Below, piece by piece: positions 31,088-43,757 of a stretch of 43,757 nt of DNA. The notes under the pieces are model-generated. The model was given only the letters and a program-made list of their open reading frames with translations, searched no databases and was not told the DNA's origin. This DNA comes from Octopus bimaculoides (lineage: Eukaryota), in NCBI RefSeq assembly GCF_001194135.2, contig NC_069001.1, forward strand, positions 38,476,284 to 38,520,040, written 5' to 3'. The position numbers and the translations under genes are program-made. How positions within the stretch are numbered: position 1 is the first letter of the stretch; every line of letters begins with the position of its first letter.

Positions 31088-31639
31088 GCATGGTCTTGCT
31101 CTCTTTATGTAACCTGTTTATAAACAAACCATATTTGCCAGCAGATGAAACAAATTTCCTAGCCTTACTCTAACTGTATCAAAATATTGCCCTGCGTTTC
31201 ATGGCCCTTTAACACAAAGGGGATCAAGTGTCACAGGTCAGGGGATCCAGATGAACACAATTCCACTTGAGACAGTAATTGTTACTGATAATAAAATTAG
31301 AAAACGAGCAAAAATATCACAGAATACAGCAATTGGTTACACTGCATCAATAGAAAATGACATCATCTTAAAACCCTTGTGATGGTGCTCCATTTTCATG
31401 GGGGATTGCTGTTATACTGAGTAGCTTAAGATAGAAATACAAGCTTCACATCTTTTATGACAATTCTGTTGACCAAAATATAAACAACTCCAATCAAGTC
31501 GATCAGAAAGAAGATCCCATATTGAAACACACTGGTTCCATATTTTAGATACAAATACTTTCAGACCTTATCATTCCAGAATACTTTCACAACCATGAAC
31601 AGAATCCTGCATTTTCCCCTCACACTTCAAAAATATTCT

Positions 31640-32152
31640 CCAATTGCTATGTGGATCTCCCAGATCCTTCAACTCATTAGGTTTCTGGTTCTCCCTGTCT
31701 TACCCTCTGGTTGTGACATTTGGACACTGTTTGGAGCCCTTCTGAGCTGCTTTGGTATCAGGACACTTTGCAGGATTACGGGTGACTCAGAAACTGGGTT
31801 GCATCTCACTACCTGTATGATTCCAGGCTGTTTGACCATGTTGCTGGATTTTCCATGTCAAAGGCCCTGCTTACTGTGTTCTCTTCTTTGAGGATCTGGC
31901 TGAGTTGACAGCTTATGTTGAGCACACTCCCAGTCAGTCTCCACCTCTATGAGATAGCTCCTCAACTGCCATGAACATGTGGCATGTTGATTGATCACAT
32001 GCCACATGGCAGATGAGGAGGTATCTCACGGAAATGGAGACTGAGAGTATGCTCAAGGGCTCACACAGAACGATCCAGGACGAGACTGATAAATGGTGAA
32101 TAATGTGGCAACACACTGCAACAGTGCATGCTCCCACCACTTAATCTGACCT
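31640..32152 (+). mobile_element. Degenerate RTE-clade LINE 3' fragment
   Basis: Translation LVLPVLPSGCDIWTL...CFGIRTLCRITG resembles the RTE ORF2 C-terminus (LVLPVLLYGCETWTL...FGTxCLRRI). The 3' end GTGGCAACACACTGC..GCTCCCACCACTTAATCTGACCT resembles RTE termini. Confidence 0.6.
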
Positions 32153-32716
32153 TTTATGTGATGAATCACCAAATTTGTTTGTTTTTGTTTTTCTTTCTCT
32201 CTCCACGAAATATTCATGTGAAATAGCTGTGTGGCTTATACACTGGCAGATGCTGTGTTTTGCACAGGGGACCCAATTAAGACACCTACCTCCACTAATT
32301 ATTACCAAATGCTGTTTTGAGAGATGATGTGTAAGTTTCCATCAGTCCATATACGAGGCAGGGAGTGATTTGAAGAAGATTCAGCTGCTCTTTTGACCAG
32401 GTCTAGCTAACATGTAGAGGTCCCTGTCAGCTCAGAACAGTAAGCTGTGACTTGAGGTAGATTTGGCTGCTATTTTGAGCGGGTTTGACAACCACGTGAC
32501 TCCCTGTTGTCGGTGGTGGTGTTGCTTACCCTGTCACATCTGTGCAGTGTGAGTGTGTGTAGTAACGTGTAACGAGTGATCTCCCTTGTACTGTGTGTCT
32601 TTAGTAAATAAATCACAAGAGATGACAAGACCCCCCCCCTCCAGCTGGTGATGAATACCTGTAATACAGAACGGCCTGATGGATGTGAAATGATGATGGT
32701 GTATGCAGCATTGGTG

Positions 32717-32954
32717 CAGTGGTTCTCAACCGGGGTCCATACAAGAGTTTTGGGGATCCACACAAACAAAATGGCCAGTTTTTGCTTTTGATGTATTTAT
32801 CACAAGGAACTGTTTCTTACTTTCTTTTAATGTTTTATAGTCTGACAGAAAACCTGTTCTCTCAGAAAATATATTTGCAGACCTACACAAGGGAATGGGG
32901 AACAAACAAAATGGGAATTTTAAAAAAAGTTTCTATAAAACTACTTTTTCAATA
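32717..32954. mobile_element. hAT-like MITE left part, running into a gap
   Basis: Starts CAGTGGTTCTCAACCGGGGTCCAT, like the other copies. Confidence 0.5.
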
Positions 32955-33949
32955 NNNNNNNNNNNNNNNNNNNNNNNNNNNNNNNNNNNNNNNNNNNNNN
33001 NNNNNNNNNNNNNNNNNNNNNNNNNNNNNNNNNNNNNNNNNNNNNNNNNNNNNNNNNNNNNNNNNNNNNNNNNNNNNNNNNNNNNNNNNNNNNNNNNNNN
33101 NNNNNNNNNNNNNNNNNNNNNNNNNNNNNNNNNNNNNNNNNNNNNNNNNNNNNNNNNNNNNNNNNNNNNNNNNNNNNNNNNNNNNNNNNNNNNNNNNNNN
33201 NNNNNNNNNNNNNNNNNNNNNNNNNNNNNNNNNNNNNNNNNNNNNNNNNNNNNNGGGGGTAAGAGCCTTTGACATTTTGAGCCTTGGCTCTTCAACAGAA
33301 AGGAATGAGGAGAAAGTAAAAACAAATGGAAAGAGAAAAAAAAAGTGTCTGGATTAATGGTTATACATGTTGAAATATATATATATCATGTTGTGATAGT
33401 CCCACATAAAAAAAAGGACCCAGTACACTTTCTAGAGTGGTTGGCTTTAGGAACGGGCATCCAGCTGTAGAAACTGAGCCAAAACAGATTATGGAACCTG
33501 GTGTGGCCCCGGGCCTTACCAACTCCTGTCAAACCGTCCAACTCATGCCAGCATGGAAAACGGACGTTAAATGTTGATGTTTGATATCCACTTTATTATC
33601 ATGCTTGCTTGGGTCAGATGAAATTCCTTAAGCCACTTTTTCTGTGGCCGGATGCTCTTCCTGTCACCAAACCTCACCTGTTTCCAAGTAACATAGAATT
33701 TCCCCATGGCCAGACATGTTTTTTTTTACAGAGGAGCAGAGGTGAACAACATCTCATAAGACAGTGTCTACAACAATCACGCACACATACACATATGTGA
33801 AGGGCTTCTTTCAGTTTCTGTTTACTACATCCACATACAATGCTCTGGTGAGCCTACGGCTATAGTAGAAGACATTTGCCCAAAGTGTCATACATTGGGA
33901 ATTGAACTCAACCACACCTGCCTCCCTGTCTGTAGGCAATTTATAGCCA

Positions 33950-34110
33950 TGGGACAGGATTCAATGTCATTGTTAAGACCATTCAGAGAAGTGAAGTAGG
34001 GAGGTGGACAGAGGCGAAGCTGGATGGACAGCGTCAGGAAAGAGACAAGAAAATCATTAGCCAAGACTGTAACAGAGACACAGACATACATGGTATGTGG
34101 TAGAGTGTGG
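33950..34110 (+). mobile_element. RTE-like LINE C-terminal remnant
   Basis: GGQRRSWMDSVRKETRKSLA resembles the RTE motif GRQRxxWxDxIxxxTGxSL. Contains an in-frame stop. Confidence 0.4.
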
Positions 34111-34409
34111 CACACTTAGATGTCAGGGGTACCAGACAGGCTGAGTATATATAATGTAATGTTGTGGAGGGTGTGTATAACATAGTTGAGGGTATCTAAA
34201 GAGGAAGGTGGTTGATTGACAGGATCAATAGAGAGTCAGACAATACTTGTTCTGGGTTCAAATCTCACCAGCATCAACTTTCTCTTTGTTCCTTGTGGGG
34301 CCAATTCTCTCTCTTTCAAGAAATGTTTGGGCTAGGGGCTGGCCGACAGCTTCTCACCTTACAAAGCAACAAAAATAACTCCACCATCCAAAGAAAAGGA
34401 AGGTGGATA

Positions 34410-34560
34410 ATTTAGTGGTTAGGGTGTTGCATTTGTGATCACAAGATTGTGGTTTCAATTCCTGGACTGGGCAGTGTGTTGTGTCCTTGAGCAAAACCCT
34501 TCATTTCACATTGCTCCAGTCCACTCACCTGTAAACGAGAAACAACCCTGTGGCAGACTG
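34410..34560 (+). mobile_element. tRNA-derived SINE, family B (5' part)
   Basis: AGTGGTTAG..GGTTTCAATTCC head followed by GTGTTGTGTCCTTGAGCAA..TTTCACATTGCTCCAGTCCACTCA. Confidence 0.7.
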
Positions 34561-35627
34561 GCTTCCCATTCAGTGGGGAAGGGGAGCGAGCTTGGTCAAG
34601 CCATAGAAACGAGACAACTGACCCTCTGCGTCCCAGAACATCAGACAGTAAAGTCCAGGGATTGATGATGATGATAATTCAAAGAACCCAGTGAACGTGG
34701 TAGGTGTAGACAGGTCAACCCATTGTACACCATGAAATGTTTAAATCTATTAAAAGAAGCACAAACACACACACACACAACAGGAATTTCTGCCAACCAA
34801 ATTCAATCACAAAGCTTCGATATACATATATATTTACAGTGTATATAATTAGCATGATGTGTATAAGCTAATTTCTTTAATTAAGTCAAGTTTGTGAGTG
34901 TGAAAGACACAACCTGAAAAGTGAGACGTTTTGTGTTTATACAATTTTGGCTTAAAACACAACACCTCCCCCTATTTGTCCCTGGGGTAAGGTAAATATA
35001 GGTTATTTTTTAATTATTGTTTTTGTAGTGACCTGACTGACTAAACTGGTTCCATTCCCGCCATGCAACCAAGTGATTCTTGATGGGAAAAATACACAAT
35101 TAGAGAGAGAGAAAAAGGAAAAAAGATACAAAAAGTTGAACCCTCTGTGGGGTTGTCTGACCTGTTAGAAATGGTAGCAAAATTTCTCAAGTCAGACTGA
35201 AAAGGACACACTGAACTTTATAGTCCCTGAGATACAGAAAACATTTCTATGGCTATATCATCATCATCATCATCATTTTATGTCTGCTTCCCATGTTGGT
35301 ACAAAATGGACAGGATCTGATGCAGTGGATTACACCCACTGACTCTCAATACACCTTTTTTGACATGGTTTCTACAGCTGGATGTCATTCCTAACAGCAA
35401 CCACTTTATAGAATCTAGTTACTGGGTGCTTTTTTACCCCACCAACATTCGTGGGGTTGCTTCAAAGCTGCAAGACTAAAGAACAGCCACAACTGAAAGG
35501 ATACAAGAGAAACGACAACGATTTTTAGGTGATAAAAGGAACGGATTTATTGTTGTTTATATTTATAGTTTTTTTGATGAACTAAAATTATCCTCCCTTG
35601 TTTCATGTGCATCATATGTATATATAG

Positions 35628-35940
35628 GACCCCACTTTGGTCACGAATGACCAAGGGATTTGCACTTAGAAAGTCCTCCTCCGAGGCACAAGTGCAGGCA
35701 TGGTTGTTTTATGGAAGACCAGCAGTCACCCATGCATACAGGCCTCCCCTCATCGCACTAAAGATGTTATCCAAAGGCACAGATTGGCACTGGTGATGTT
35801 GCAACTCATTTCTACAGCTGAGTGGACTGGAGCAATGTGAAATAAAGTGTCTTGCTCAAGGACACAACACGCAGCCCAGTCCAGGAATCAAGCTCACTAC
35901 TCCATGATTGTGAGCATGTCACTCTAACCACTGAGCCATA
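35628..35940 (-). mobile_element. tRNA-derived SINE, family B
   Basis: The minus strand begins TATGGCTCAGTGGTTAGAG (A box) and has the same core as 34410..34560. Confidence 0.75.
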
Positions 35941-36059
35941 CACCTTCACTCATATGTGTGTGTATATACTTATATGTATGTATACATTATATGTGTATAA
36001 ATGTATATGTACATATATATGTATGTACGTATATATATGTATGTATATATATATATATT

Positions 36060-36130
<71 letters not shown>

Positions 36131-36880
36131 ATGTATATATATATATACAAATGAAATGTCATGTTTTGACTTAGAGTAGCTCGGGCCATGTCCTAATTTC
36201 CCACCTCCTCTTTCTTTCCCCTTTCCCTCCCACTATTCTGCATACACATTGTGTGTGTGTGTATATAATCTACATACATATCTACACATGCCAATAGGGT
36301 GCATAGTTTGTGCAACTAAACACAGTGGAATGTTCACACCACCACCACCACTACTACAGTGTTTGTCTGTGTGTATGGGGTGGGGGTGGAGATGTATTAA
36401 TGGAGGTGACAAGTGTATTGTGGTGTACCAATACCCCTAACTCCACACACACCAGGCAACCCAGCCACCCACACAGTTGTTAGGGTAGATCAGTTAAATA
36501 CTTTTCACTGCCACCCTTAATGAGCAAAATGGAAGGTGGAAGTGGTATGTTGTTGTTCTTGTTCTTGTTTAGCCCCAGAAGATGAAGGGAGTTTCAGCCA
36601 TGACCATCATGTCATTTTCATTTTTCAGGTGTTGGATACCTGGGATTACGTTACTTGGAGGGTGGGGGGGGTGTAATTTAAGACAGTTGTGTGTGATTTT
36701 AAGCAGATACGACTGCCATTTCTAGCAGATTGAGTGACCATATGGTAGCTTCCATGTTGACTTCTGTGTAGTGATGGGGGTTGGGGTGAGGGTGGTGGTA
36801 GTAGTAGCAAGAGTGGTGGTGGTGGTGGTGGTGTAGGGTATGATTTGTATTGAGTAACTCCAGTATGCAAGAATTTCTAA

Positions 36881-36915
<35 letters not shown>

Positions 36916-37225
36916 GACACATAGCAATACACACCCACGTGTATGTATATAATACATGCACACACAGACACACTCACGTCTGTCTAGTTATATAGGAGGT
37001 CAGTGTGAGTGCTACAGGTAAGATGTAATCCAATACAACCTGTTACCTGGTCTGGGTGTTGCCAGTAACTACAGTGACACAATTCTGCTGCCAGGAGGGT
37101 TGATGGAAACCCAGCAGGGCAAGATGAAGACCCTTCAAAAGAATAAATAAACCTAGCATAGGGGTGGCAATCTAGCTACAGCATATGGGGACATAGACGG
37201 GTGTTATATTGGAAAAATTTCCAAA

Positions 37226-37349
37226 GAGTACCTCATAAGAAGGTCCCTCCTATGTCAAGTACCCCAAAAGAAGGTCCATTCTATGTCAAGCACCCCAAAA
37301 GAAGGTCTGTGCTGTGGCAAGTACCCTGTGAGAAATCCCATCCTATGAC
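37226..37349. repeat. 31-bp minisatellite, 4 imperfect copies
   Basis: AAGTACCCCAAAAGAAGGTCCATTCTATGTC-like units at 37226, 37257, 37288 and 37319. Confidence 0.8.
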
Positions 37350-38383
37350 CTTTGTTAATAAAATAGGAATAAAGTTGTTTAAAACACCCCAACTATGTCA
37401 ACAGAAGGAGGAGGAGGAGGAGATGAGATATGTCCTTTTGTGTATTACAGTTTGTATCTGTGACAAACTTGGGTATTTATGTTTGAGGTACTTTGGACAA
37501 ACAGGGTCCTTCCCATGTGAAGTGAGATGGGAAAAGAGATCAACAACAACAGTGTGCATTGATTTTATATGCCAACCCTCCTTCCCTAAAATCTATTGTA
37601 TTGCATCTGGTACACAAAAGGGACCACACGAGGTTATAGGAGAAAGGTGTGAGAACAAGGGTCATTGTCATTATAGTTGGGTACCAGGTCCATCTACAAC
37701 AAAGAAGAGAAAAAAAAGAACTGTCCCTTTCAGAGTTTTCTTTCTTATAAGGACAGAGGTGGGGGTTGCAGAGACACAACCACTCAGGTCCCTCTTTTTG
37801 GTTGAAGGGTTTTTTTTATTTAGTTGGTTTTTCTTTTTTTTCTTAAACCTTTAAACACTTGTGGCCAAAAACAAATAAGTGACCAAGATCACAACATATT
37901 CCATGAATGGGACACCTGTCCTTTGCAGGATTTGAACTCAGAACATTCAGAGCCAAATGAAATGCTGCAATTTCAGTGACACAGTGTGACACCTTTGTGG
38001 TAAGTGTCTTCTGATACAGCTCCATAACCATCTAAAGCTTTCTGAGTGGATTTCTTGGACAGAAACTGAAAGAAGCCTCTCATATATATATCTTATCTAT
38101 AAAAGGCAGATTTTTTGTGTGTATGTGTGTATATGTTTAAAATTCATACATTTACACAATTCCAAATTTCTTATATAATCATCCTCATCATTTAAGATCC
38201 ATGTTCTGTGCTGCCATGGGTTGGACAGAGTGTGTATGTGTGTGTATGCCTGTATCTATACTCATATATATGTATTTATACATATGCATACACAAACGTG
38301 CAGACAGACAGAGAAACAACCAGAGCCTAGACAGCAACAGCCATATAAACACACACACACACACACATACACATATATGTATA

Positions 38384-38431
<48 letters not shown>

Positions 38432-38795
38432 NNNNNNNNNNNNNNNNNNNNNNNNNNNNNNNNNNNNNNNNNNNNNNNNNNNNNNNNNNNNNNNNNNNNN
38501 NNNNNNNNNNNNNNNNNNNNNNNNNNNNNNNNNNNNNNNNNNNNNNNNNNNNNNNNNNNNNNNNNNNNNNNNNNNNNNNNNNNNNNNNNNNNNNNNNNNN
38601 NNNNNNNNNNNNNNNNNNNNNNNNNNNNNNNNNNNNNNNNNNNCTCTGTACAGGATGTCCTATTGTTTGTTGTTAGCTTTACTCTTTTCATTTTAAATGT
38701 CAGGGAGACACTTCTTGAACAAAGCAGAACAACTCACCACTGGATCATAAAAGTATCTATAGCTCTCTGTGTGTACGTGTGTGTGTGGGTGTACA

Positions 38796-38827
<32 letters not shown>

Positions 38828-39330
38828 GATGTATTTATATGTGTGTGTGTGTGTGAGTGTACAGACTCCCACACATAACAATAGCAAATGCAACAGCTTC
38901 TGTTAATGACATACATCTATTAGCATGAACTTTTAAGTAAGTATGAGTATATGTGTGGGTGGGTGTATGCGCGTGTGTGTGTGTGTGTGCGTGGTGTAAA
39001 TATGCAAATTATATTCAAACATTTACCATCTCATCTATTTATCTCTCATATATCATATCATATATATATATACACTCATATATACACACATATATACATA
39101 TATATACATACATACATATTCATAGACACATATAAATTCAGAGATACGTGTGTGTGTGTGTGTGGAGAGAGAGAGAGAGAGCGAGATAGGAAGACATATT
39201 CATATGTCAGTGTGTGTGTATGTATGTATGTGTGTGTGTGTGTGTGTGTGTACAATTTGTTGAGTCAAAAAAAACTGAAAGGAAATATAGTGTGAATGGG
39301 TGGATTAGGGGCACACAGCTGTTTCCACCT

Positions 39331-39369
<39 letters not shown>

Positions 39370-41202
39370 CCTCTCATTCACTCATTATCTCTCTCTCTCA
39401 CAACCTCCTCTCTTTCTCTCTCACCTCTACTCCCCCTCCCCAACAGCTGTAAGTCATTTTATCTTGTCAACCACTGACTCGGAGTTATCTCCTCTTTGTG
39501 TTTTGTCGTTCTCTCTCTCTCTCTCTCATTTTCTCTTTCTTCGTATACAAATATTTGTGTGTAGTGGTGGTCACCAGTTGGAAGCCCTCTACGTGGTCAC
39601 CCTCCATACTAGAAATAGCAGCCGAATCTCCCTCGCACCACTCACATCTTGCTGTCTTATCAAGAAAGAAACAGCAACACTGACCAACAAAACAGTTCTA
39701 AAGACAGTCCCTGATTGGATTAAGACAGGATGGTCACGATTGGATATATCTTCGATGATAGTGCTGCAGGATCAGGGCTGACCCAGGGCTAACGAACACT
39801 AACACATTCATCACATCCACCTCCCTGTCTACCCTAAATATTTATCCACCCTTAATACACAGCCACCCTCATGGTTGTCCACCTCTTCTACCTAAACACA
39901 CCCTTATATTTCACCCTCTGACTCTCATTTTCTACCCACGTACCGCCATACATACCCAGGATCTACCTGCAGCCTACCCTGAGGTATGCTACCCCTGAAA
40001 CTTCAAGGATTACCTGTTACCTCTGACCCCTGGGGTACACAACTGGGGTCACCTCAACTTAAGGTCAGTTTTGAACATGTTTTCATTGCAATTCTTCATT
40101 ATGTCTGTCTGTTTATCTCCCAAAATGTGTGTGTGTATGTATATCTGTGTGTGTATATGTCTGTGGGAGTGTATATGTGTGTTTGTGAGTGTACGTGTGT
40201 ATATGTATTTATGTTTGTTGATGGGTGTATATAATATACATGTCAACCTATACGTGCATGTGTGTCCATGCCCANNNNNNNNNNNNNNNNNNNNNNNNNN
40301 NNNNNNNNNNNNNNNNNNNNNNNNNNNNNNNNNNNNNNNNNNNNNNNNNNNNNNNNNNNNNNNNNNNNNNNNNNNNNNNNNNNNNNNNNNNNNNNNNNNN
40401 NNNNNNNNNNNNNNNNNNNNNNNNNNNNNNNNNNNNNNNNNNNNNNNNNNNNNNNNNNNNNNNNNNNNNNNNNNNNNNNNNNNNNNNNNNNNNNNNNNNN
40501 NNNNNNNNNNNNNNNNNNNNNNNNNNNNNNNNNNNNNNNNNNNNNNNNNNNNNNNNNNNNNNNNNNNNNNNNNNNNNNNNNNNNNNNNNNNNNNNNNNNN
40601 NNNNNNNNNNNNNNNNNNNNNNNNNNNNNNNNNNNNNNNNNNNNNNNNNNNNNNNNNNNNNNNNNNNNNNNNNNNNNNNNNNNNNNNNNNNNNNNNNNNN
40701 NNNNNNNNNNNNNNNNNNNNNNNNNNNNNNNNNNNNNNNNNNNNNNNNNNNNNNNNNNNNNNNNNNNNNNNNNNNNNNNNNNNNNNNNNNNNNNNNNNNN
40801 NNNNNNNNNNNNNNNNNNNNNNNNNNNNNNNNNNNNNNNNNNNNNNNNNNNNNNNNNNNNNNNNNNNNNNNNNNNNNNNNNNNNNNNNNNNNNNNNNNNN
40901 NNNNNNNNNNNNNNNNNNNNNNNNNNNNNNNNNNNNNNNNNNNNNNNNNNNNNNNNNNNNNNNNNNNNNNNNNNNNNNNNNNNNNNNNNNNNNNNNNNNN
41001 NNNAACAACTGATGCTGCTAGTTTGGAGGGATGTAGTGTCTGTAGCGAAGAAGGCTTCCCTGTTGTTTTTTTCTCTGTGGGTCATTTTCTAGCAAAACTT
41101 TAGTTATAATTGTGTAGTAGCCTTTTGCCATTATTTCTAAGCACGAAAAAATGTTTCCTAAAGTCATGGGTGCTCTGCTGTTTTCTGATTTTGTAAACAT
41201 GT

Positions 41203-41502
41203 AGGCGCAGGAGTGGCTGTGTGGTAAGTAGCTTGCTTACCAGCCACATGGTTCCAGGTTCAGTCCCACTCCATGGCACCTTGGGTAAGTGTCTTCTATA
41301 AGCTCAGGCTGACCAAAGCCTTGTGAGTAGTTTTCATAGACAGAAACTGAAAGAAGCCCATCATATATATATGCATGTGTGTTTGTCCCCCCCACCATCA
41401 TCGTTTGACAACCTATGCTGGTGTGTTTATGTCCCCGTAACTTAGCAGTTCGGCAAAAGAGCCTGATAGAATAAGTAATAGGCTTACAAAGAATAAGTTC
41501 TG
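41203..41502 (+). mobile_element. tRNA-derived SINE, family A
   Basis: GGCGCAGGAGTGGCTGTGTGGTAAG head, GGTTCAGTCCCACT B-box, GAAACTGAAAGAAGCCC core. Confidence 0.8.
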
Positions 41503-42109
41503 GACTTAGACGTATGTTGTCATAGCAACACATAAGACAAAAACCAGATATTTGGGGGTTTCCCTATTGAGGCCCAGGGTAACAGGAGGGGGAAACGTTT
41601 GTGGGGGTGGACAGGGGACAGGTTCAGGGGGGAGTGATGGTGGGGAACTGTGGGTCGAGGAGGTGTGAAAGAGAGGATGAGAGGGTAAGCAAGCCTGTTT
41701 TTAANNNNNNNNNNNNNNNNNNNNNNNNNNNNNNNNNNNNNNNNNNNNNNNNNNNNNNNNNNNNNNNNNNNNNNNNNNNNNNNNNNNNNNNNNNNNNNNN
41801 NNNNNNNNNNNNNNNNNNNNNNNNNNNNNNNNNNNNNNNGGTGGTGGTGGAGGTGGTGGTGGAGGTGGTGGGTAGCTGTAAGATTTAGTGGAACTGGTTG
41901 GTCTTGCTGTCTTATAGAAACCACCACCACCATCAAAACCATCATCAACAACAACAACAAACTAACAAGCAACTCCCACTAGAAATAGCAGTCAAATCTC
42001 TGTCAAAATACATGCTTTTATCTTAAATTATGAAGTCTGCATATATTTAGGGTCAATGTCGTTGATTAAACCCCTAACCCCTGATAACTTCTGCCCTTAT
42101 TAAAAGCAA

Positions 42110-42344
42110 CTGGCAGAATTGTTAGAGATTTGTGGTGTTTCATTTTGATTCTTTATATTCTGAGTTCAAATTCCAGCAAGGTCGACTTTGTTTTCCCTTC
42201 TTTTGGGTCACTGAAATAAGTACCAGTTAAATACTGGGGTCAGTGTGGTCAACTTATCCTATCCCTCCAAAATTACAGGCCTTGTGCCTACAGTAGAAAG
42301 GATTATTATTATTATTATTATTATCATTACCATTATTATTATTA

Positions 42345-42378
<34 letters not shown>

Positions 42379-42634
42379 CATTATTATTGTTATTATTATT
42401 ATTATTAAAGGTTGCAAGCTGGCAGAATCATTAACACGATGGGCAAAATGCTTATCAATATTTCATCCGTCTGAATGTTCTGAGTTCAAACTCCACCAAG
42501 GTGGACTTAGCCTTTCATCCTTCAGGGTCGACAAAATAAGTATCTGTTGAAGACTGGGGACAATGTAATCAATTGGACATTTACCCTGTCTACTATGGGC
42601 CCTTTGTGCCTATTATTATTATTATTATTATTAT
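42110..42634 (+). mobile_element. Two tandem copies of SINE-like family D, each with an (ATT)n tail
   Basis: CTGGCAGAAT..TCTGAGTTCAAA(T/C)TCC..AAATAAGTA..CCTTGTGCCT core at ~42110..42300 and ~42410..42610. Fragments also at ~14790..15060 and 17905..18075(-). Confidence 0.7.
42303..42407. repeat. (ATT)n microsatellite
   Basis: About 35 units with a few ATC/ACC/GTT interruptions. It forms the tail of a family D copy. Confidence 0.95.
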
Positions 42635-43701
42635 TAGAAGCCTCTATGCAGCAGCTTATGCTGCCAAAAATAGCAGCCAAATCTCTTTGAAGCCATGGGT
42701 TCTGTAATAGACATTCTGCATGTGAAAGGGTGTCAATAGACAAGAGAAGATGAACCAGAAAAACCAGGATTGGTGACGCTTGATATCAGTTTAATGACAA
42801 AGTGAGGGGGGAGTGGGGTGAGAAAAACAAGGAGGTTAAATAGATAGAGAGGAGGAGGGGTGTTTGTAAGGAGTAAGAGGGAGAATAAGGAGAGAGAGAG
42901 AGATAGAAGCAGAGATAGAGGAAGAGAAAGAGGAAAAAACAAAAGAAAACAAGTATTTAAGAAGAGAGAAAGGAAGAGGTAGGTGGAGGGGCGAGATGGA
43001 GTTCTGATCGTACCCCTCCCTCTCTCCCCCCATACACATGGCTCACCCCTCCCCAATCCTTTTCCCCCCTCACCAAAATGTCTTGGGTGAGTGATGGGGA
43101 GGGAGGGAGTTGTAGTTGTGATATTTCCCCCTCTCTCTCTTTCTCTCTCCTCCTCTCCCCATCTCTCTTTCTTTCTCCACACTCTCCTCTTCCCATTTCC
43201 CCTGTACCCATCATCAAAGACACTCCATCCGTGACCATTTCTTCCTAAAACCACACAATCTGAATCCATCCCTGTTCTTATGTAAGACAGTTGGCTGTGA
43301 CTTAAGTTCACTTTTGGCTGTTATCTCTAGCAAATCAAAAGACCGTATACAGCTCCTTACCAAGATCCCATTACTTATAACTAGGGGTGTGAGGGGGGAG
43401 GAAAGGGGCTTTCACACTTTGTTTGTTTTTATATATATTTTTTGTTAAAATGAGTATTCTCCACCCCCACTCCCAACACCCTCACCACTCGAAATTCCTT
43501 TGTTCACCCAGTCCCTTGTAAATGTCTCTCTCTCTCTCTCTCTCCTTCTTTCTCTCTCCTTCTCTCTCTCTCCTTCTCTCTCTCTCTCCTTCTCTCTCTC
43601 TCTCTCTATCTCTCTTTCTGTATGTGTGTACTTGCACGTGCATGTAAGCGTATGTGTGTACATGAGTGTGTATGTTAGTGTGTCTCTGTCTCTACTTATG
43701 C

Positions 43702-43757
<56 letters not shown>

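Noticed and set aside
35852-36189. YI/CV/HT-repeat ORFs here and at 7347, 14104, 38951 and 43445
   Set aside because: These are translations of (TA)n, (CA)n and (GA)n microsatellites.
36629-36661. Isolated 33-nt exon candidate (VLDTWDYVTWR) after TTTTTCAG
   Set aside because: The donor is weak (GTGGGG), no partner exons were found, and it lies among repeat fragments.
37201-37854. 217-aa plus-strand ORF
   Set aside because: It has no recognisable domain or splice context, and it runs through a 31-bp (non-triplet) minisatellite and T-rich low complexity.
40049-41103. Long ORFs spanning N runs (also 27286..28140, 30846..31173, 32719..33357, 38188..38878 and 41520..41972)
   Set aside because: Their length comes from X codons in assembly gaps.
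219-41502. Naming the SINE families (e.g. published octopus OK/OR1/OR2, or CORE/Meta/Ceph domains)
   Set aside because: I cannot verify identity without a Dfam/Repbase search, so neutral labels A-D are used.

Overview
AT-rich eukaryotic (animal) genomic DNA, dense in microsatellites, SINEs and MITEs, with nine N-gaps. The repeat landscape looks like an octopus/coleoid cephalopod draft assembly; this is inference from recalled repeat styles and was not verified. Three spliced protein-coding genes can be rebuilt from splice sites and reading-frame phase. (1) An ankyrin-repeat + SOCS-box (ASB-like) gene on +, CDS join(637..672,1690..1891,3181..3348,3873..3989,4364..4471,5304..5758), about 361 aa. 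(2) An atypical glutaredoxin-fold gene on -, CDS join(10673..10455, 8851..8112). Its CPYC active site is replaced by IPAC, and it has a long C-terminal tail of 15-aa (45-bp) tandem repeats that spans an assembly gap. (3) PRPF38B on +, coding exons 22334..22489, 22709..22777, 23109..23260, 24603..24663, 25418..25698 and 27188..~28124, with a GC-AG intron, a polyQ tract, candidate poison exons and a probable non-coding first exon about 9 kb upstream. The region beyond ~28.2 kb is mostly repeats, including RTE-LINE remnants (one folded into a ~140-nt hairpin). No prokaryotic-type systems (CRISPR, operons) and no intact tRNA or rRNA genes are supported. Transposon boundaries are approximate and no database searches were run.
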